The notes beneath the pieces were generated by a model, which saw only the letters and a program-made list of their open reading frames with translations, ran no database searches and was not told where the DNA came from. A stretch of 63,177 bases of DNA, filler included, from Neolecta irregularis DAH-3 (lineage: Eukaryota), in NCBI GenBank assembly GCA_001929475.1. It is 11 parts of 11 records of this genome, joined end to end, with 100 filler letters (N's around TTAATTAATTAA, not from the genome) between each part and the next. Parts side by side here need not be neighbours in the genome. Positions count along the whole stretch, not along the records: positions 10,810 to 23,751 come from LXFE01000886.1; positions 23,852 to 42,570 come from LXFE01000887.1; 9 more parts are not named here. One strand, 5' to 3'. The first letter of the stretch is position 1; each line of letters begins with the position of its first letter. A program made the translations under genes and the position numbers. Of this stretch, positions 11,101 to 24,329 are shown one piece after another.

Positions 11101-11329
11101 CTTTCTCTTTTACATTCTTGTTGGTATTCTTGTTGGTATCGATTCTGGCATCGATTCCGATTCTGGCATCGATTCTGGTATCGATTCTGGCATCGATTCT
11201 GGCATCGATTCTGGCATCGCTTCTGGCATCGAATTTTGCAAAAATACTATCAATTTCATTGCAAACTCGCACGTCCGGCGATCTTGGTAAAGGGCCCTGT
11301 GGAGCCTTTAGTTTTTTGCGTTTGACCAT
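10810..11329 (-). CDS. Hypothetical Lys-rich protein with DARI repeats and spliced RAGPKD(G/D)Y(Q/K)K repeats (3'-truncated)
   Basis: MVKRKKLK..EIDSIFAK..(DARI)n..GGPKDGYSK, then continuing in frame after removal of the 29-nt introns. Head-to-head with gap1. Confidence 0.6.
11137..11232. repeat. 12-bp tandem repeat (GGCATCGATTCT-like) encoding DARI
   Basis: About 7 imperfect copies are directly visible. Confidence 0.9.
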
Positions 11330-11447
11330 ATCTCGGGCAAACTCCGACTTCACCCTGTACCTGAAACCTTCTGGCCCTCGTCATAACAATCACTGCCCAT
11401 AACTAACCCCGACTTAACCTCTAGCTGGTCACACTCAACTTGAAGCA

Positions 11448-14139
11448 ATGTCGCTTCTCAGTGCAAACGGACCGCCTCCGTCACCAGGCATAAGCCGTTT
11501 GGCTTCGCGACGTACCACTACTTTCTCTTCCCATTCAGACTCGAGTCGGTCTGCACGGAGCAGCAAGCGCTACAGCGTCACTGCAATTTACTCCATCGCT
11601 GCAGAGCAGGATGTCGAGGTCCAGGATGAATTATCTCGCGGTGCGTCTCTAACCCCTATCTGTACCCATCTGTAGCCCAGCGAAAGCTTCGAGAACTAAA
11701 GGCAAAGATATCCGTACAGTCAAAGAAGAATTTCGTGCTAGAAAGGGATGTCCGCTATCTCGACTCGCGTATCGCTCTGCTTATCCAGAACCGCATGGCC
11801 CTTGACGAGGTACACAACCCGCAAGATTGACGTTGACCAAGTAGCAAAACGAGGTCGCCAGTCATCTCGAGGGCGCAGAAGAGCTCCTGGTCGGAACTTT
11901 TCCAGATGACCGCAAACTTAACGTGCGCTCTGTTACGTGCCCATACTGACCAACAGCTCTACAGCAACCTCTTCTTCCTTTTGCAAACCGAACCCAGACA
12001 TATCGCTTCCCTTTGTCGTCTTGTCACCCTTACAGAGATCGACACTCTCCTTCAAACAGTAATGTTTACGATTTACGGTCAGCAATACGAAAGTCGAGAA
12101 GAACACCTCTTACTCACAATGTTTCAGGTACATTGTCTGACATTCTCGTTTGATTGCTAGTCGGTACTTTCTGCTCAGTTTGAAGCCACAACCGAGTTTG
12201 CCTCTTTGCTCCGTCAAAACACTCCTGTTTCTCGAATGATGAATACGTATACAAGGCGGGGCCCCGGCCAAGCTTACCTCCGCACCGTCCTCGCAGAGAG
12301 GATCAATTCTCTCATCGAACACAAAGACCTCAACCTAGAAATTAATCCTCTAAAAGTCTACGAGCAAATGCTCAATCAGATTGAGCAGGAAAGCGGAAAG
12401 CTACCCGGCCATTTGCCAAGAGGAGTTTCTGCAGAGGTTGCTGCTTTGAATGACGATACAGTCGCCATCATTCGACCTCGATTGACAATGCTCATGGAAG
12501 TGGCGAATTCTTTCCTAAATACAATCATTGGGAGTATCGACGCAGTTCCCTATGGAATTCGCTGGATCTGCAAACAAATTCGAAGTCTGACAAGGGTATG
12601 TCTTTCAACTGTTGTCCTGATGAAGCAGAGGAAATACCCCGAGGGCTCAGAGTTAGCCGTTTGCTCACTCATTGGCGGTTTCTTTTTTCTTCGATTCATT
12701 AATCCAGCGATCGTCACGCCTCATGCATACATGCTCGTTGACGGAGTGCCGAGGGATTCTCCCAGGAGGACTTTGACATTGGTAAATACCCCAACGATGT
12801 GTCGCCCATGTTTTAGGTTGCAAAGATGCTACAGAATCTGGCCAATAAGCCTAGCTACGCTAAAGAGCCATACATGACAAATCTGTCACCATTTATAGAT
12901 TCAAACAAGGCAAGGATCAACAAGTTTCTCAACGATTTGTGCGAAGTGGGAGACTTTTACGAATCTCTTGAAGTTTGTCTTATCGAGAGATTTTACTGAC
13001 CCCAGATCGATCAGTATATCGCCCTTTCAAAAAAGGACCTTCGTCTTAACATCACTCTCAATGAGGTCTACAGTACACATGCTTTGTTAGAGAAACATCT
13101 CGGAGTAATCGTATGACCTCTCTGCTTTTATTCTCACAACAGTCGCCTGATTCCAATTCGCATCTTCGAATCATTTTAAACGAACTTGGCCATGCGCCTG
13201 CCCCGCTTCCACGGAAAGAGAACCGCGCCATTGAGGTCGAACTATACAGCCGATGGGAAAGTCCAGTGTCTGGTTTGATTCATGCACTTTTGTCCACTCA
13301 TTCCTAGAACTGACAGAGGCACTTGATATCACGAGCTCGGACCTCTTATTTATGGAAACCAAATCGGCATTTGTTCAACTAATCCGTTCTCTACCGCCAT
13401 CTTCCTCAGCTCTAAAGTATCCGTTGGATCTACAAAAAGTGGCAGATACGGCCGCAAAATTAAAGGATGCTGGTTTGGTTCGTAAAGGAATCAAGGCCCT
13501 CGATATGCTTCGAGAACTTGCCGAACTACACGTTGTCGATAAGAATGACCGCTTTAACCCTCTTGTGGACGAAGTTGACCAAGAACTCGCACACCTTGGG
13601 TCTTTGCGGGAAAAGGTGATACGTGAGACACGCTCTTTAGATTCGGTTTATAAAACAATCTGCGACCATAACGAATACCTTCGTAGTCAGCTCGAAACAT
13701 ACAAGTCATATTTGCAAAACGTCCGCAGCGGTGGCGTCAGCGGTGGCGTCGGTTTAGTTACGGTTGGCGGCAAAGAGAAGAAAGCTCCAAAGTCTCAACT
13801 TCTCGGACCGTATAAATTCACTTTCCAACAACTGGAGAAAGAAGGAATCATTGTTGCCAGCTCTATACCTGAACAACGAAGGTCGCATACTTTCTTTGAT
13901 CTCTCCTCCCCTGTTCCAGGAACGTTTATCATAGCTCTGAAATACAAAGGTAACAAGACCATTCCATTCCTAGCTGACATTCAGGACGATCCAAGGGACT
14001 TCTTGAGCTTGATCTCAAACTTGACGATCTCTTGGAAATGCAGCAGAACAATATGAACAAGCTGGACTTGGAATATGTTCATCTCGATGTTGTAAAGATC
14101 TTGGCACTGTTAAACAGGCAATTCTCACGTAAGAAATAG
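11448..14139 (+). CDS. gap1: Ras GTPase-activating protein (S. pombe Gap1/Sar1 type)
   Basis: [60 protein letters not shown], and the RasGAP_C end [10 protein letters not shown]. Confidence 0.93.
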
Positions 14140-14298
14140 AATGTTTAATCGGAGGGCGTTGGCTCGGTTCTTGTGGATATTAGTGCTATAATTGATCTAA
14201 ATCTCACTCCCCGTATTCCATTTACATTTTGTGACGTTTTCTTTTTCTTGATGTTTGAGGTCGGATTGGTTGTTTATTCCAAATTCGGCCATCCTGCC

Positions 14299-15061
14299 AT
14301 GACTGGACAAGATCCTCAAACACTACCCAAGATTGAGCTTGAATCGCTAAAAGATTTATTATTCCTCTCAGACAATCTTTCTCGAGCAGCTCACGAGAAA
14401 TTGGAACAAAATTTGCCCTCCACAAATGAAGACGATCCCGTTCGACAAGCCGTCGATAAGGCTCTTCAACAAGTAGCCTGAATTATAACCTATCTTGTTA
14501 ACTTTAGTTCTTAACGCGCACTTTTGAACTGGCTCTTCCAAGTATTCGCGTGAATGGCATGAACGCAGACGTCGTCCAATTCAGGGAGGCCACGAAAGAA
14601 TCGACTGAAGGTGGGAATCGCCGTACAATTGACGACTCATAATTGCAGTATTTGAACCATACAACCCTGATCTGATTCACCAAGTTGAAGATTTACAGAA
14701 AGAGATAGAAGACACCACTCTATCGATCTCTCAGTTACGAAGAAATGCACCTAAAAAGATTGCTCAGATATATGCATCAAGTCTTGAACCAGACGTAGCG
14801 CAGACATTGCCTGTGGATGAAAATGACCCAATGGAAGAGGCCATATCGGTCCCTTTTATTCCCAGAGAAGAATCCGTTAGATCGGAATACATTCACCTGA
14901 TGGAGAACTTGCAAAAATTAACCAAGGTAACCGGTATCTTGTATATCAGACCGGCTGAACCGCAGACAATTCCTTCTGCTGTTGCACACGTAGAAAGGGC
15001 ACATGATGTTGTACGGACTTTGTCAGGGGCGGCAAAGTCTCGGATACCACCACATTCGTAA
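14299..15061 (+). CDS. NSL1: Kinetochore Mis14/Nsl1-like protein
   Basis: KIELESLKDLLFL..AAHEKLEQNLP..FELALPSIRVNG..FEPYNPDL..LRRNAPKK..VERA pattern. Confidence 0.7.
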
Positions 15062-15092
15062 TTTACCTGATTACATTGTAATATCTGTTTTA

Positions 15093-18000
15093 TCAAGCGT
15101 AATACCACGGCTCTTCTACTACATGATTGTTGGCATAATAATGCCCGCGAACCCCCTGTCCTTTAAACATTGACGGATATCGATAGCCTGCAGGAACTTG
15201 CTCTTCTGTTACACGATGTGTGGTTTCAGCTTGCTCTTCAGAATCCACGACGACAAATTTACCGCTCTGAATCTAAAATGTCAGAAGAGAGTAGAATTTA
15301 CAGACCTCTGTATCTGTGATCGAGTCGCGATGCAAACGAGCATAGCCTACTCTCTTCACGCCTCGATACCAGATATATTCGCACTTTCCATTAGTACATG
15401 GTTCTTTTCCGGACAAACCCATCTGTCCCAATCATTAGGCTCGATATCATGCATGCGAGTGCCATTTTCAATGATCTTGTAATTACCCTCAAGAGGTTTG
15501 GTCACCAGATAAGAGAGTAAGATTAGAGGCCGTGGACTTTCCGTCATGATACGTGCAAGTTCAGTTAGTTGAAGGTGTCGATCTTCAGCATCTTCTTCTT
15601 GCCCTGAATGCGCAATCAATACATCAACATGTGTTCCATAAATATCAAGGGTAGCATGAATAGCCGGCGCTAGCTCCCCTACAGGCGAAGGGAGGAGGTG
15701 ATGTGTCGACTGGATGATTGGAAATTTGGATAACAGAGCAGCACCCCATGTGTGAGAATTCGGCCCAGGTCCGAAATCGCTGTACATGCCAAGATCTTCG
15801 GCAATAAACTGGGTGACATCCCTGAAACCTACAGTTCGATTTAACGAGTTGAAAGGGTTGTACCCATAATTATTCTCTGAAGATCAGATTCAAGTAACCC
15901 AATGACATCAATCTCCAGATCTCTAATCACGTCTCTCATACGAACCTCGCTTGCCCACATGTCGTTATCAAGCCCAAAATGAACGGTCCAGATACCAGCG
16001 GTGAAGAGCTTCTCATCGGCATGATAAGGCTTATAGGTTAACCCAGTGAGCCGCGAGTGTGCAATGATGAGCGTCCATATCATGAGAAGGCCAAGAACAC
16101 TGATAACATTTTGCTTTGTTCGCAAGCGTTTTTCCACTTTGATACGACCGTACGAATAGCCAAAAGAACCCTTATTCTCGCGTATTGAACTGACCCCGAT
16201 GCAGATGCAAATTGACATTAGCAGCGTTACCAGATCAGTTCGTTCGCGCAATGCCCAACCAAGAGGAACAAATGCATACGCTACAGTCCAGACATGGGCA
16301 AGGCAGAATAGGTTGTATACAAGGAACGCAAATCCAAAAGTCTTTCCTGGAGACGGGCTATGAGATATCGATTCGACAAAACTTGGTATGATGGACATTA
16401 AATAGGCCGCAAGCAGAGCTCCACCGGAGTATCCAATCCAACCTTTATTGAAGACAAGGATGAATGTGCCGATAGTAGCCGCGACATACCAAGCCCAACT
16501 AGTCGTGATGTTTGGGCAGTACATTCCGAGGAGCAATCCTGCAGACATAATCATAAGCGTAAGAGCACCATGTGGAACTGCTACAGGGCCAGTGATTGGA
16601 TACCCATCCCAAACCCAAAGGATTATTGTGCTGGAATCGCATAGAAACGAGTGAAGCCCAAACATTAAGCCTGCGAATCCGATAGAAGCACGCCAGTTCC
16701 ACGGCTTTCTGATAGTCTCTGCTTGTTGCAGGGTCTGGAGAGGCGCCGACATTGATCTCCAGATGCAAGCAAGACAAGCAAGCATTATTCCAGACTTGTT
16801 CATTCCACCATTTGCATTGTGCATTATAGGCCAAACGGGATTATTCCCCCAAAAGGCAAATTTTGCAATACTTGAAGAAATTAAACCAATGGCCAATGAC
16901 ATTGCTTTGCGTTCAGAGATCTCTTTGGAAATACTGTTTCCTGAGAACTCCAAAGTCCAGGCCATCGTTGTCAAGGCCGTTCCCAAGCCCACGCATAATA
17001 AACGAAGTGTGGGATCGGGTGATAATGCATATGAAAGCAGCCCGATAAGGGAACAAAAATGAATGAATACAATATTGGAAGAGGCGAGATGGCGGATTTT
17101 TCGAACAGACAGCAGAAAGGGAGATATTGTTGAGAAAAGGACGATTTCAAATCCAGATATTCCCATAAACCAGAGGGGAAAGTACCAGATCGTTAGCCCG
17201 AGAGAAGTTAGTAGAGTCCAAAAGACAAACTTTAACAAATTAGGAATCAAGCAAAGGCGAGACATACCCCCAGGTAGCAGTCTGAACAAAAAGTGATGAA
17301 CTCTTCGCGATTGATGTGGCTGAACCAGGCAAGGGTATCTCTGAACGATTATCAGTTTCGGATGAGAGGAGAGATGGGACCTAGTGCGAATACTCAAGTA
17401 GGGGGTAGCGTCGTCATTTCCTTTTCTAGCCAATTCAATACTTACAGATGGTTTTCATAACTCATACCCTCTTACTGCGTTCAAGACTACGATCTGTAGT
17501 GAAACGCCGCGAAATTCATGATATGTGACCGAGTCATACAAAACATCCAAAATAACCAATGTCCATTCGAAAAATGCGTAACGCGTATAGGCTTTGAATG
17601 AGCTAGTTAAAGAAGTCACAGGTAATACCGCCGGGCACACGGTGAACTTTGTGTTGTACAAAATAGTATATGAGGGGCAGAAGGGAACCAAAGAAAAGCC
17701 CAGAATACAGTTTGCGGTAGTAGATAGACTTGGGTTCTGTGGAGGGTGTTAGGCTAAGAATACCGATGGTCCAGGGGAGAGTGAGTATGAGGTATCCAAT
17801 CATGAAGACATCATGCCAGTGATGGCTGTCGGTGGACGTGATATAAACCCAGCCGCCGCAGAAAAAGCTGCGGAGGACACCGATGATAGCAATAGCACTT
17901 GCGAGCACGGGAGAACGCCGGCGGGCCAAGATAAACCACAAAAGGACGAGGGCAAAACGCGGACCAGCGGCGACCGCAATCAGCAGCTGGAATAGATTGC

Positions 18001-18252
18001 GCTCGGGAAACCAGTCGCCAATAGCGGCAGAAACACTGGGAAACCACTCGACCGGATAGCCATAGAACTCATTTTTTACCACTGAGACATAGTGCAAAGA
18101 GAGGGCAACGACAAGTGTGCCCACGAATGCACTTAGCCCGAAGAAAGTATGCAGATGGGCGATCCATGCAGCGGGTATCTAGAGAGCTTCAGCACCAGCA
18201 GTAGTCTGGACAGCAGCACTGAATATAGCACCGGTCGACCATAGACAGCCAT
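15093..18252 (-). CDS. CWH43: GPI-anchor lipid remodelling protein (Frag1 N-terminus plus C-terminal catalytic domain)
   Basis: [78 protein letters not shown]. Confidence 0.95.
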
Positions 18253-18362
18253 AGTAGATGGCAGGACGATTGGGTGCGAATTGGACTGGGTGTGAAAATA
18301 AAGAGGTGTGGTGGCCGATTTGCGTGGTATTATTCGATCTCATCCCGCCAGAAAAAAAAGAT

Positions 18363-19757
18363 ATGGACAAGGTCCAGTATTACTTAGAGCGCGTATCTCA
18401 AACCTAATATCGGCTTTTCAACAAGCTAATTTTTACTAGGCTATACCCGAGCTGCAAGATCTTGAGCATAAGGGTGTGTATTCACACGATGAAGTCAAAT
18501 CCATCATGAGAAAGAGGACATATTTCGAACGCGCTCTTGCTCGTCGTCATGCAAAGAAAGAAGATTTCCTGCGTTATGCGGAGTATGAAATGAACCTTGA
18601 AAAGCTCAGAAGGCGACGGGCGAACCGTCTTGGCACGGCTTTTGCTCACATTTATTGCTAACCAAAGGCGCCAAGGGAAAGATTTCAATATCAGACTGGG
18701 CCGGTCCACGCCGTGTATTTTTCATATTTGATCGTGCCACGAGAAAGTTTCATGGAGATTTGGCGCTATGGTTACAGTTTCTTGACTACGCAAACTCTGA
18801 AAAAGCCTTCAAGGTATACGGCAAAGTTATTGCATCGTAAAGCATAACACCTGGGACTTTAAATGACTTTTTAGTGCTCTGAAATTTTTACCATCACAAC
18901 CAGCTCTATGGATACTTGCTGCCCAACACGAACTCGACCATACTTTATCGATATCTGCGGCTCGTATACTTATGCAGCGTGGATTACGCTTCCACAACCA
19001 ATGCACACATTTGTGGATCGAGTATGGACGACTGGAACTAATTTATTGCTCGAAAATATTTGGGCGAAGAAAGATACTTCAGATTGGAGAATCAGATATC
19101 AGCAGCATTCAGCCTGAGGAAAAGGATGATCATCAGTTGCTTGGGACAGCCGGCGTCGCAGGGTCTGATGCAGATCTACTATCTTTGAATGATCGTCAAT
19201 TAATGGCACTTCAGAATATCGACGAGAATCCCGCCTTAAACGGAGATGTTCCTCTGACCATCTACCAGTCAGCTTGTGCTGTTCTAAAAAATGATGTCGA
19301 TTTGCACATTGGATTCTATAAACTCTTCAATGAATTTATAGAATTGAAATTCTCAGATCGTTTGAAAAATGCTGTTATATCGGTCCTTTATGAGCAGTTC
19401 GCCGCCAATCCTCGAGCACTAATTTTCATCGCTGCCTTTTCTTTGGAAAATTTCGATTCAATACCCGAGTCGCAGTTGCCGCGAAGACTGGGAACCACCC
19501 TGGACCATATTTTTGACTTATATGACAAGACATCATCAAAGTCAGAATATACTTCGTTAGCGAGTATGTACCTGTTGAGCTTGTGGCGCAGACCTATGCA
19601 CCAAGCACTATTGAAAGCTGTGGAAGCTTCGGTCTTCAGAATCTTGGACCTGGCTGAAGCTGACGGTACATTAAGCCCGGAAGGACAACATATTCGGAAT
19701 GACTGGCTGATTGAAAGAGAGAAAAAACAAGTTACTAGACAAGTGTGGCATAGTTAA
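18363..19757 (+). CDS. UTP6: U3 snoRNA-associated protein 6
   Basis: MDKVQYYLER..IPELQDL..IMRKRTYFE..DFLRYAEYEMNLEKLRRRR..RATRKFHGDLALW..MQRGLRF (HAT repeats). Confidence 0.9.
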
Positions 19758-20361
19758 TCGAAATCTCTGTTTCTACGAGCATCTTTCTTTCTGCTAATAT
19801 GTAACTTAGCCTGCAAACGATGATTATTTTCTTCTTTCTTTAATTTGACAACTTTCTCTTGCTGTTCTGGGGATGTATTTCCAGAAAGATTGGAGTTCTT
19901 TGTAATAAATGTATATAACTTCTTAAAACACTCGTTGATGTTATCTTTTTGAGTTCGATGTTCTTGAGAATGAATAACCAAATCGCCTTGTCGGGTAAGA
20001 AATTGTGATCTCTACCATCAGTCATGTGCTAATGTGCAAAATAAACCGTCTCCATCAATTTGGTTTTTATAAGATTCGGAATAAATGTTGATTGTTGAAG
20101 AGAAAACTTGAGCGTGGCTTTTGTATTGACTATTTTTGAGCTACAACATTAGAAACACATGCTTACCTTTATTGACATTCTGTCCACCAGGGCCAGAACT
20201 TCTGTTGAACATCATTTGACATTTATCTGTTTATGATTTAGCAGATATTAAGCCAAACATTGGCAACCACGAGGAATATTGGAAGGGGTCAGTTGCTGCA
20301 ACCATTCTTTGGCTGCGAATAATTCCGCCAAATAAGATGTAGAGGATCTGGCATAGGTCAT
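19754..20361 (-). CDS. PTH4: Mitochondrial codon-independent peptidyl-tRNA hydrolase (ICT1/Pth4-like); start approximate
   Basis: RSSGPGGQNVNKVNTKA GGQ motif, SQEHRTQKDN, and a basic C-terminal tail. Confidence 0.8.
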
Positions 20362-20517
20362 GCCCTTGAATCACTATGTTCAGCTCGGTTCTATGTATTG
20401 CTCGATCTGGATTTGAAAGTCCGGCTGAAGTTTTGGCTGACTCTTCACTACACCATACGCTAACCTGCCCTACCATATTCCAACAACGAATACATATAGA
20501 TTGCGCGTTGTCTCGTC

Positions 20518-22215
20518 ATGGCCAGTCCATCTTCTTCCCCGCTAGCAACTGCCCAAGTAGATGTGAATTCGCCTGAGCCCGGACCAGCAGGTCAGCTGTC
20601 TTTTCTGCAGTCGCTTCCCGAGATTCTTGCGCAAGCAAAGAATGCTGACCCCGAGACCAAGTCCCCAACGCCAGCCCAGAGCCTTCCCAGCAACAGCAAC
20701 TGCGTCAATCCCAATGTCGATTTGCAGACACTGCTGGCTTCGCTGAACAACAAACCTCCGGCCGATATCCCTCCCATTGTTGCTGTTGACAATTCTGCCA
20801 ATCAATTTTCTCCCAGATCTCAACAGCCAGTAGCTGTACCGCCCAGCCTAACTCCGGACGAAGAACAACTGTACCAGAAATTTCTCGATGATGAGCGGCG
20901 AGTTATGCAGAATCTAACACCAGACACCTTCCCACAAGGTTCCCGTCTCTTTATTGGTATGGAATTTTGCACTACAGACGTTGCCTTATCTTCCAGGGAA
21001 TTTGCCCACTGAAAAGGTCTCTAAAAGAGAACTATTCCGCATATTCCACAAGCACGGTCGTTTGGCCCAAATTTCTCTTAAGCAAGCCTATGGCTTTGTC
21101 CAGTTTCATACAGCAGATACATGTATGGCCGCTATAAGAGCAGAGCAGGGCGTTGTCATCGGCGGCAGGAAAATGCGTAAGATTTGCCTGCGATATAAGC
21201 TAAAAATTCTAGATTTGGAGGTCTCAAAACCACAGAAACGTGGTGCCGCTCATGAAGATCGACGCAATCCTCGAAGATCGCGCTCACCCGAAGGAAGACA
21301 AAATCGTGGTCGAGGCCGCGGATATAATCATAACTCTGAATTCAACAACTCACGCGGTCGGTACGACGAAGTGCCGCATGATCGTCGAGGCAGAGAAGAG
21401 TACAGTCGTGTAAGAGAGCGATCACCTGGAAGGTTTCGCTCTCCATCTCCTGTTCGAAGAGGACCACCATCTGATGAATTTCCTCTCCCTCGTCGTTTTG
21501 GGCCGGAAGTTCCTGAATGCCAAATTATCGTTATCGAAGAGGTAGACCGGTAAGATCAGTCTTTCCTTTTTACAGCTGAGGTCTCAGAGCCTATATTTGG
21601 CATATCGAAAAAGGCCTACGAGACAATCAGTTTCGGGTAGATACGTTGTTTTTATCCCCTCGACTTCCTGTCCAAGTTGTTGTTCGACAAATGATCGTCG
21701 AAGGAGTGAATGCTGTTATCTTCATTGACCGTCAGCTTCAGGCTCACAATAAAGTTTCCGTTCAAATATTCGATCGTAAGGCAAGCCACTCAGATGTTCG
21801 GTTTGAAGGTTTGATTCCTGCATTGACATCGGGTTAAGATATAGAATATGCGAATATTGATATTCCAATTGCTATCGAACTTCTCGTTAGATTAAAATTT
21901 GCTGGTAGCAATTTCCCATCTCAAACCTCACAACCCATCTTCCAGGCCCCAACGCCGCTGCTCAACACTGCAAATCCGAATTTTGCGAACTTGATCGGTT
22001 CCCTGGATCCAAACACGCTCACGAAAGTCCTTGGTGCCTTATCACAGCCTTCGTCACAGCCAGCAACTCAGCAGTACAAAACTCCTGCTGCTCCTACAAA
22101 TACTTCCAACATTGCAGCTCTCTTGTCGCAACAGCCCATCCCACAATCTTCGCAACCTCAGGCAAATCAACAAGTGCAGAATATCATGGACCAACTTGCG
22201 AGGCTGCGAAGATGA
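20518..22215 (+). CDS. NAB3: Nab3-like RRM protein
   Basis: GSRLFIGNLPTEKVSKRELFRIFHKHGRLAQISLKQAYGFVQF, an RS-rich middle, and a Q/P-rich tail ending VQNIMDQLARL. Confidence 0.8.
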
Positions 22216-22477
22216 GTGATTATAGTGACAGTCAGGTAAATATTCAGACTATGATAATTTCTTACAAATAATCTGATTAACTCTTACGTCGTACTCACCG
22301 CTTGCCTCAGGCAACCATTCAGATAGACGCTCTTCCATTTGCCAGTTTTCTAAGTTCTTTGCCCTTATGCCACGCTCTTCCAAAATGTTAGCAAGCTCGT
22401 CATAACCCTAACCCATGAGCTTTTAATGGGCAGGGCTAAGCCCATGGCCCATTGCCAACACTGCCTTAAAGCTGGGT

Positions 22478-23342
22478 TTATTCTGAATTACTCCAAGTCC
22501 CTTCAACCCGAATGCCACCCTCATCATCCAAAATCCATACCTTTCCAAGCCAATCAAAGGTGCATGCCCATAAAACAGGGTGCTATACACTGATAGACTA
22601 GGCGTCTGTATGGCTGTGGATTTCTGCTGCATAATATAATAATGCTCAGAGGTCCAGGGAGTAGAGTAGTTGGATAACCTTCAAGCTTAGCATAATCAGC
22701 ATCCACATGAATTTTATGAGCATTAAAAGAGAGCCCAGCAAAACGACTCAAGAGTATCTGGGTTGGTGTAAAATGGACAACATTTTCAAAGTCTTTCATA
22801 TCAGAAACTATAATATGTAAATCTTAGAGGCAAGATGTGGACTCACTCTTTAGAGGTTGAGTTGCATGGTACTTTTCATTCGAATAGTATAGTCCACGTT
22901 CCTCAGTTATCCAGGCTTCACCTTGTTTGATATTTCTACTTGTCCACACCATGGCTTTATTTTTTCGTTCAATAATTCTCTCAACCACCTCTGTACAATT
23001 TGCCATGTTGCCCAATCGGATTGGCTCCTTTGAAAATTCAATTGAGCCGCCAATCCACAATCTTCGATTATATCCTTCAGGAGCAAAATAGCTTGAGTAT
23101 CCATCTTTGGAAAGAGCTTGCTCAAGATCTGGTGAGGGAAAATACAACAGGTGATACCCAGGTGGCAGAGGAGAGTCAATATGGTATGACAATGGTGAGA
23201 GTGCTAGGTGAGTTGCAAGGGATGTTTCGAGGAGGTAAGTAGTTGTTGGCGATAGGTAGTCGAATGTTTTTTGAGGCGGTTTTGATATCAGAGCTGCCTT
23301 TGTTGTATAGGCATGAATTGATTTGTAAAAATGGGAGCGCAT
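22478..23342 (-). CDS. HTD2: Htd2-like mitochondrial hydroxyacyl-thioester dehydratase (hotdog fold); possible frameshift near 22565
   Basis: LPPGYHLLYF, LSKDG, RRLWIGGSIEF, LSFNAHKIH.D..YA..EGY...L.PGPL. Confidence 0.75.
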
Positions 23343-23367
23343 TTATTTTCGGGTTGATGCTAATTAC

Positions 23368-23672
23368 GGTGGCGAGAGAGGCGGGAGAGACGGGGGTTAG
23401 AGGTGAAGGATATGGGAGGTAGAGGCGGGCGGGACGGACTGGCGGGCGGGAAAGGCCGACAGGAAACGCGGGCGGGAGGGCAGGATGGGCAGGCGGGTGG
23501 TACAGGTGGACGGCTAAGGCGGACGGCAAAGGCAGGCGGGACGGGAGGGTGGGATGGACAGGCGGGCAGGACGGGCGGGAGGGAAAGGGGGGCGGACGGG
23601 AAATGCGGGCGGGAAGGGCGGACGGGATGAACAGGCGGGCTAGATATAATAAATAAAATCCATCCCACACTG
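23368..23672. repeat. GC-rich GGCGGG/GGACGG-repeat element ending in CACACTG; probable transposon terminus
   Basis: Dense GGCGGG/GACGG sub-repeats in a strongly G-skewed tract. Related motifs occur at 1980-2045 and 2725-2871. Confidence 0.5.
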
Positions 23673-24329
23673 TAGCTTCACAAATCCACAATTCCAAGGC
23701 CATTTAAACTTGTTAATTGGCTGATAATGAGTCCTCTGGACCAAGACTAGANNNNNNNNNNNNNNNNNNNNNNNNNNNNNNNNNNNNNNNNNNNNTTAAT
23801 TAATTAANNNNNNNNNNNNNNNNNNNNNNNNNNNNNNNNNNNNNNNNNNNNTTAACGAGTACTTACACAATGGAGGTAGCTATTCAACCATTGGCTAGAA
23901 ACGATTCAAGTAACCCCTGACCCCTATGCAGATTTGAGGAACGCATTGGATAGATCAAAGAAGAATCTAGAAACACTGGTCCACGCGTTTCGCGACTCTT
24001 GGAAGTTTGGAGTGAACCACGTCAGCGAAGACAAAACCATGCAGCGGAAAATAACCAGAGCTGCCTTTGAAAAAAGATATCTACTTTTAGACCGTCACGG
24101 GGCTTAAAAAAGTATTTTAGTTCCAGAAATTCTGGTGGTGGGTGTAGAAAGCGCGGGTTGCAAGGGACTTTGCTGCACAGGGAAGCTGGCCAGTTGAAAG
24201 TTGAAAGGAAGCCCGCCGCCCGCAAATTCGTCTCTTTGACCAACCACTTCTTAAAACCAGTCCCAGCAAAAACCGCATACAACTCAACCCACCTCGCCAT
24301 CTTGCCCCCTCTCCGTCGCGCATTCAATC

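Noticed and set aside
22403-22414. TAACCCTAACCC as a telomere or telomerase RNA template
   Set aside because: Only two units, in a gap of about 260 bp between convergent genes; too little room for a fungal telomerase RNA and better explained as part of the decayed element.
23176-23703. Pro-rich and Gly/Arg-rich ORFs
   Set aside because: By-products of the GC-rich repeat; similar shadow ORFs occur at 31780-33075 and 53500-54160.
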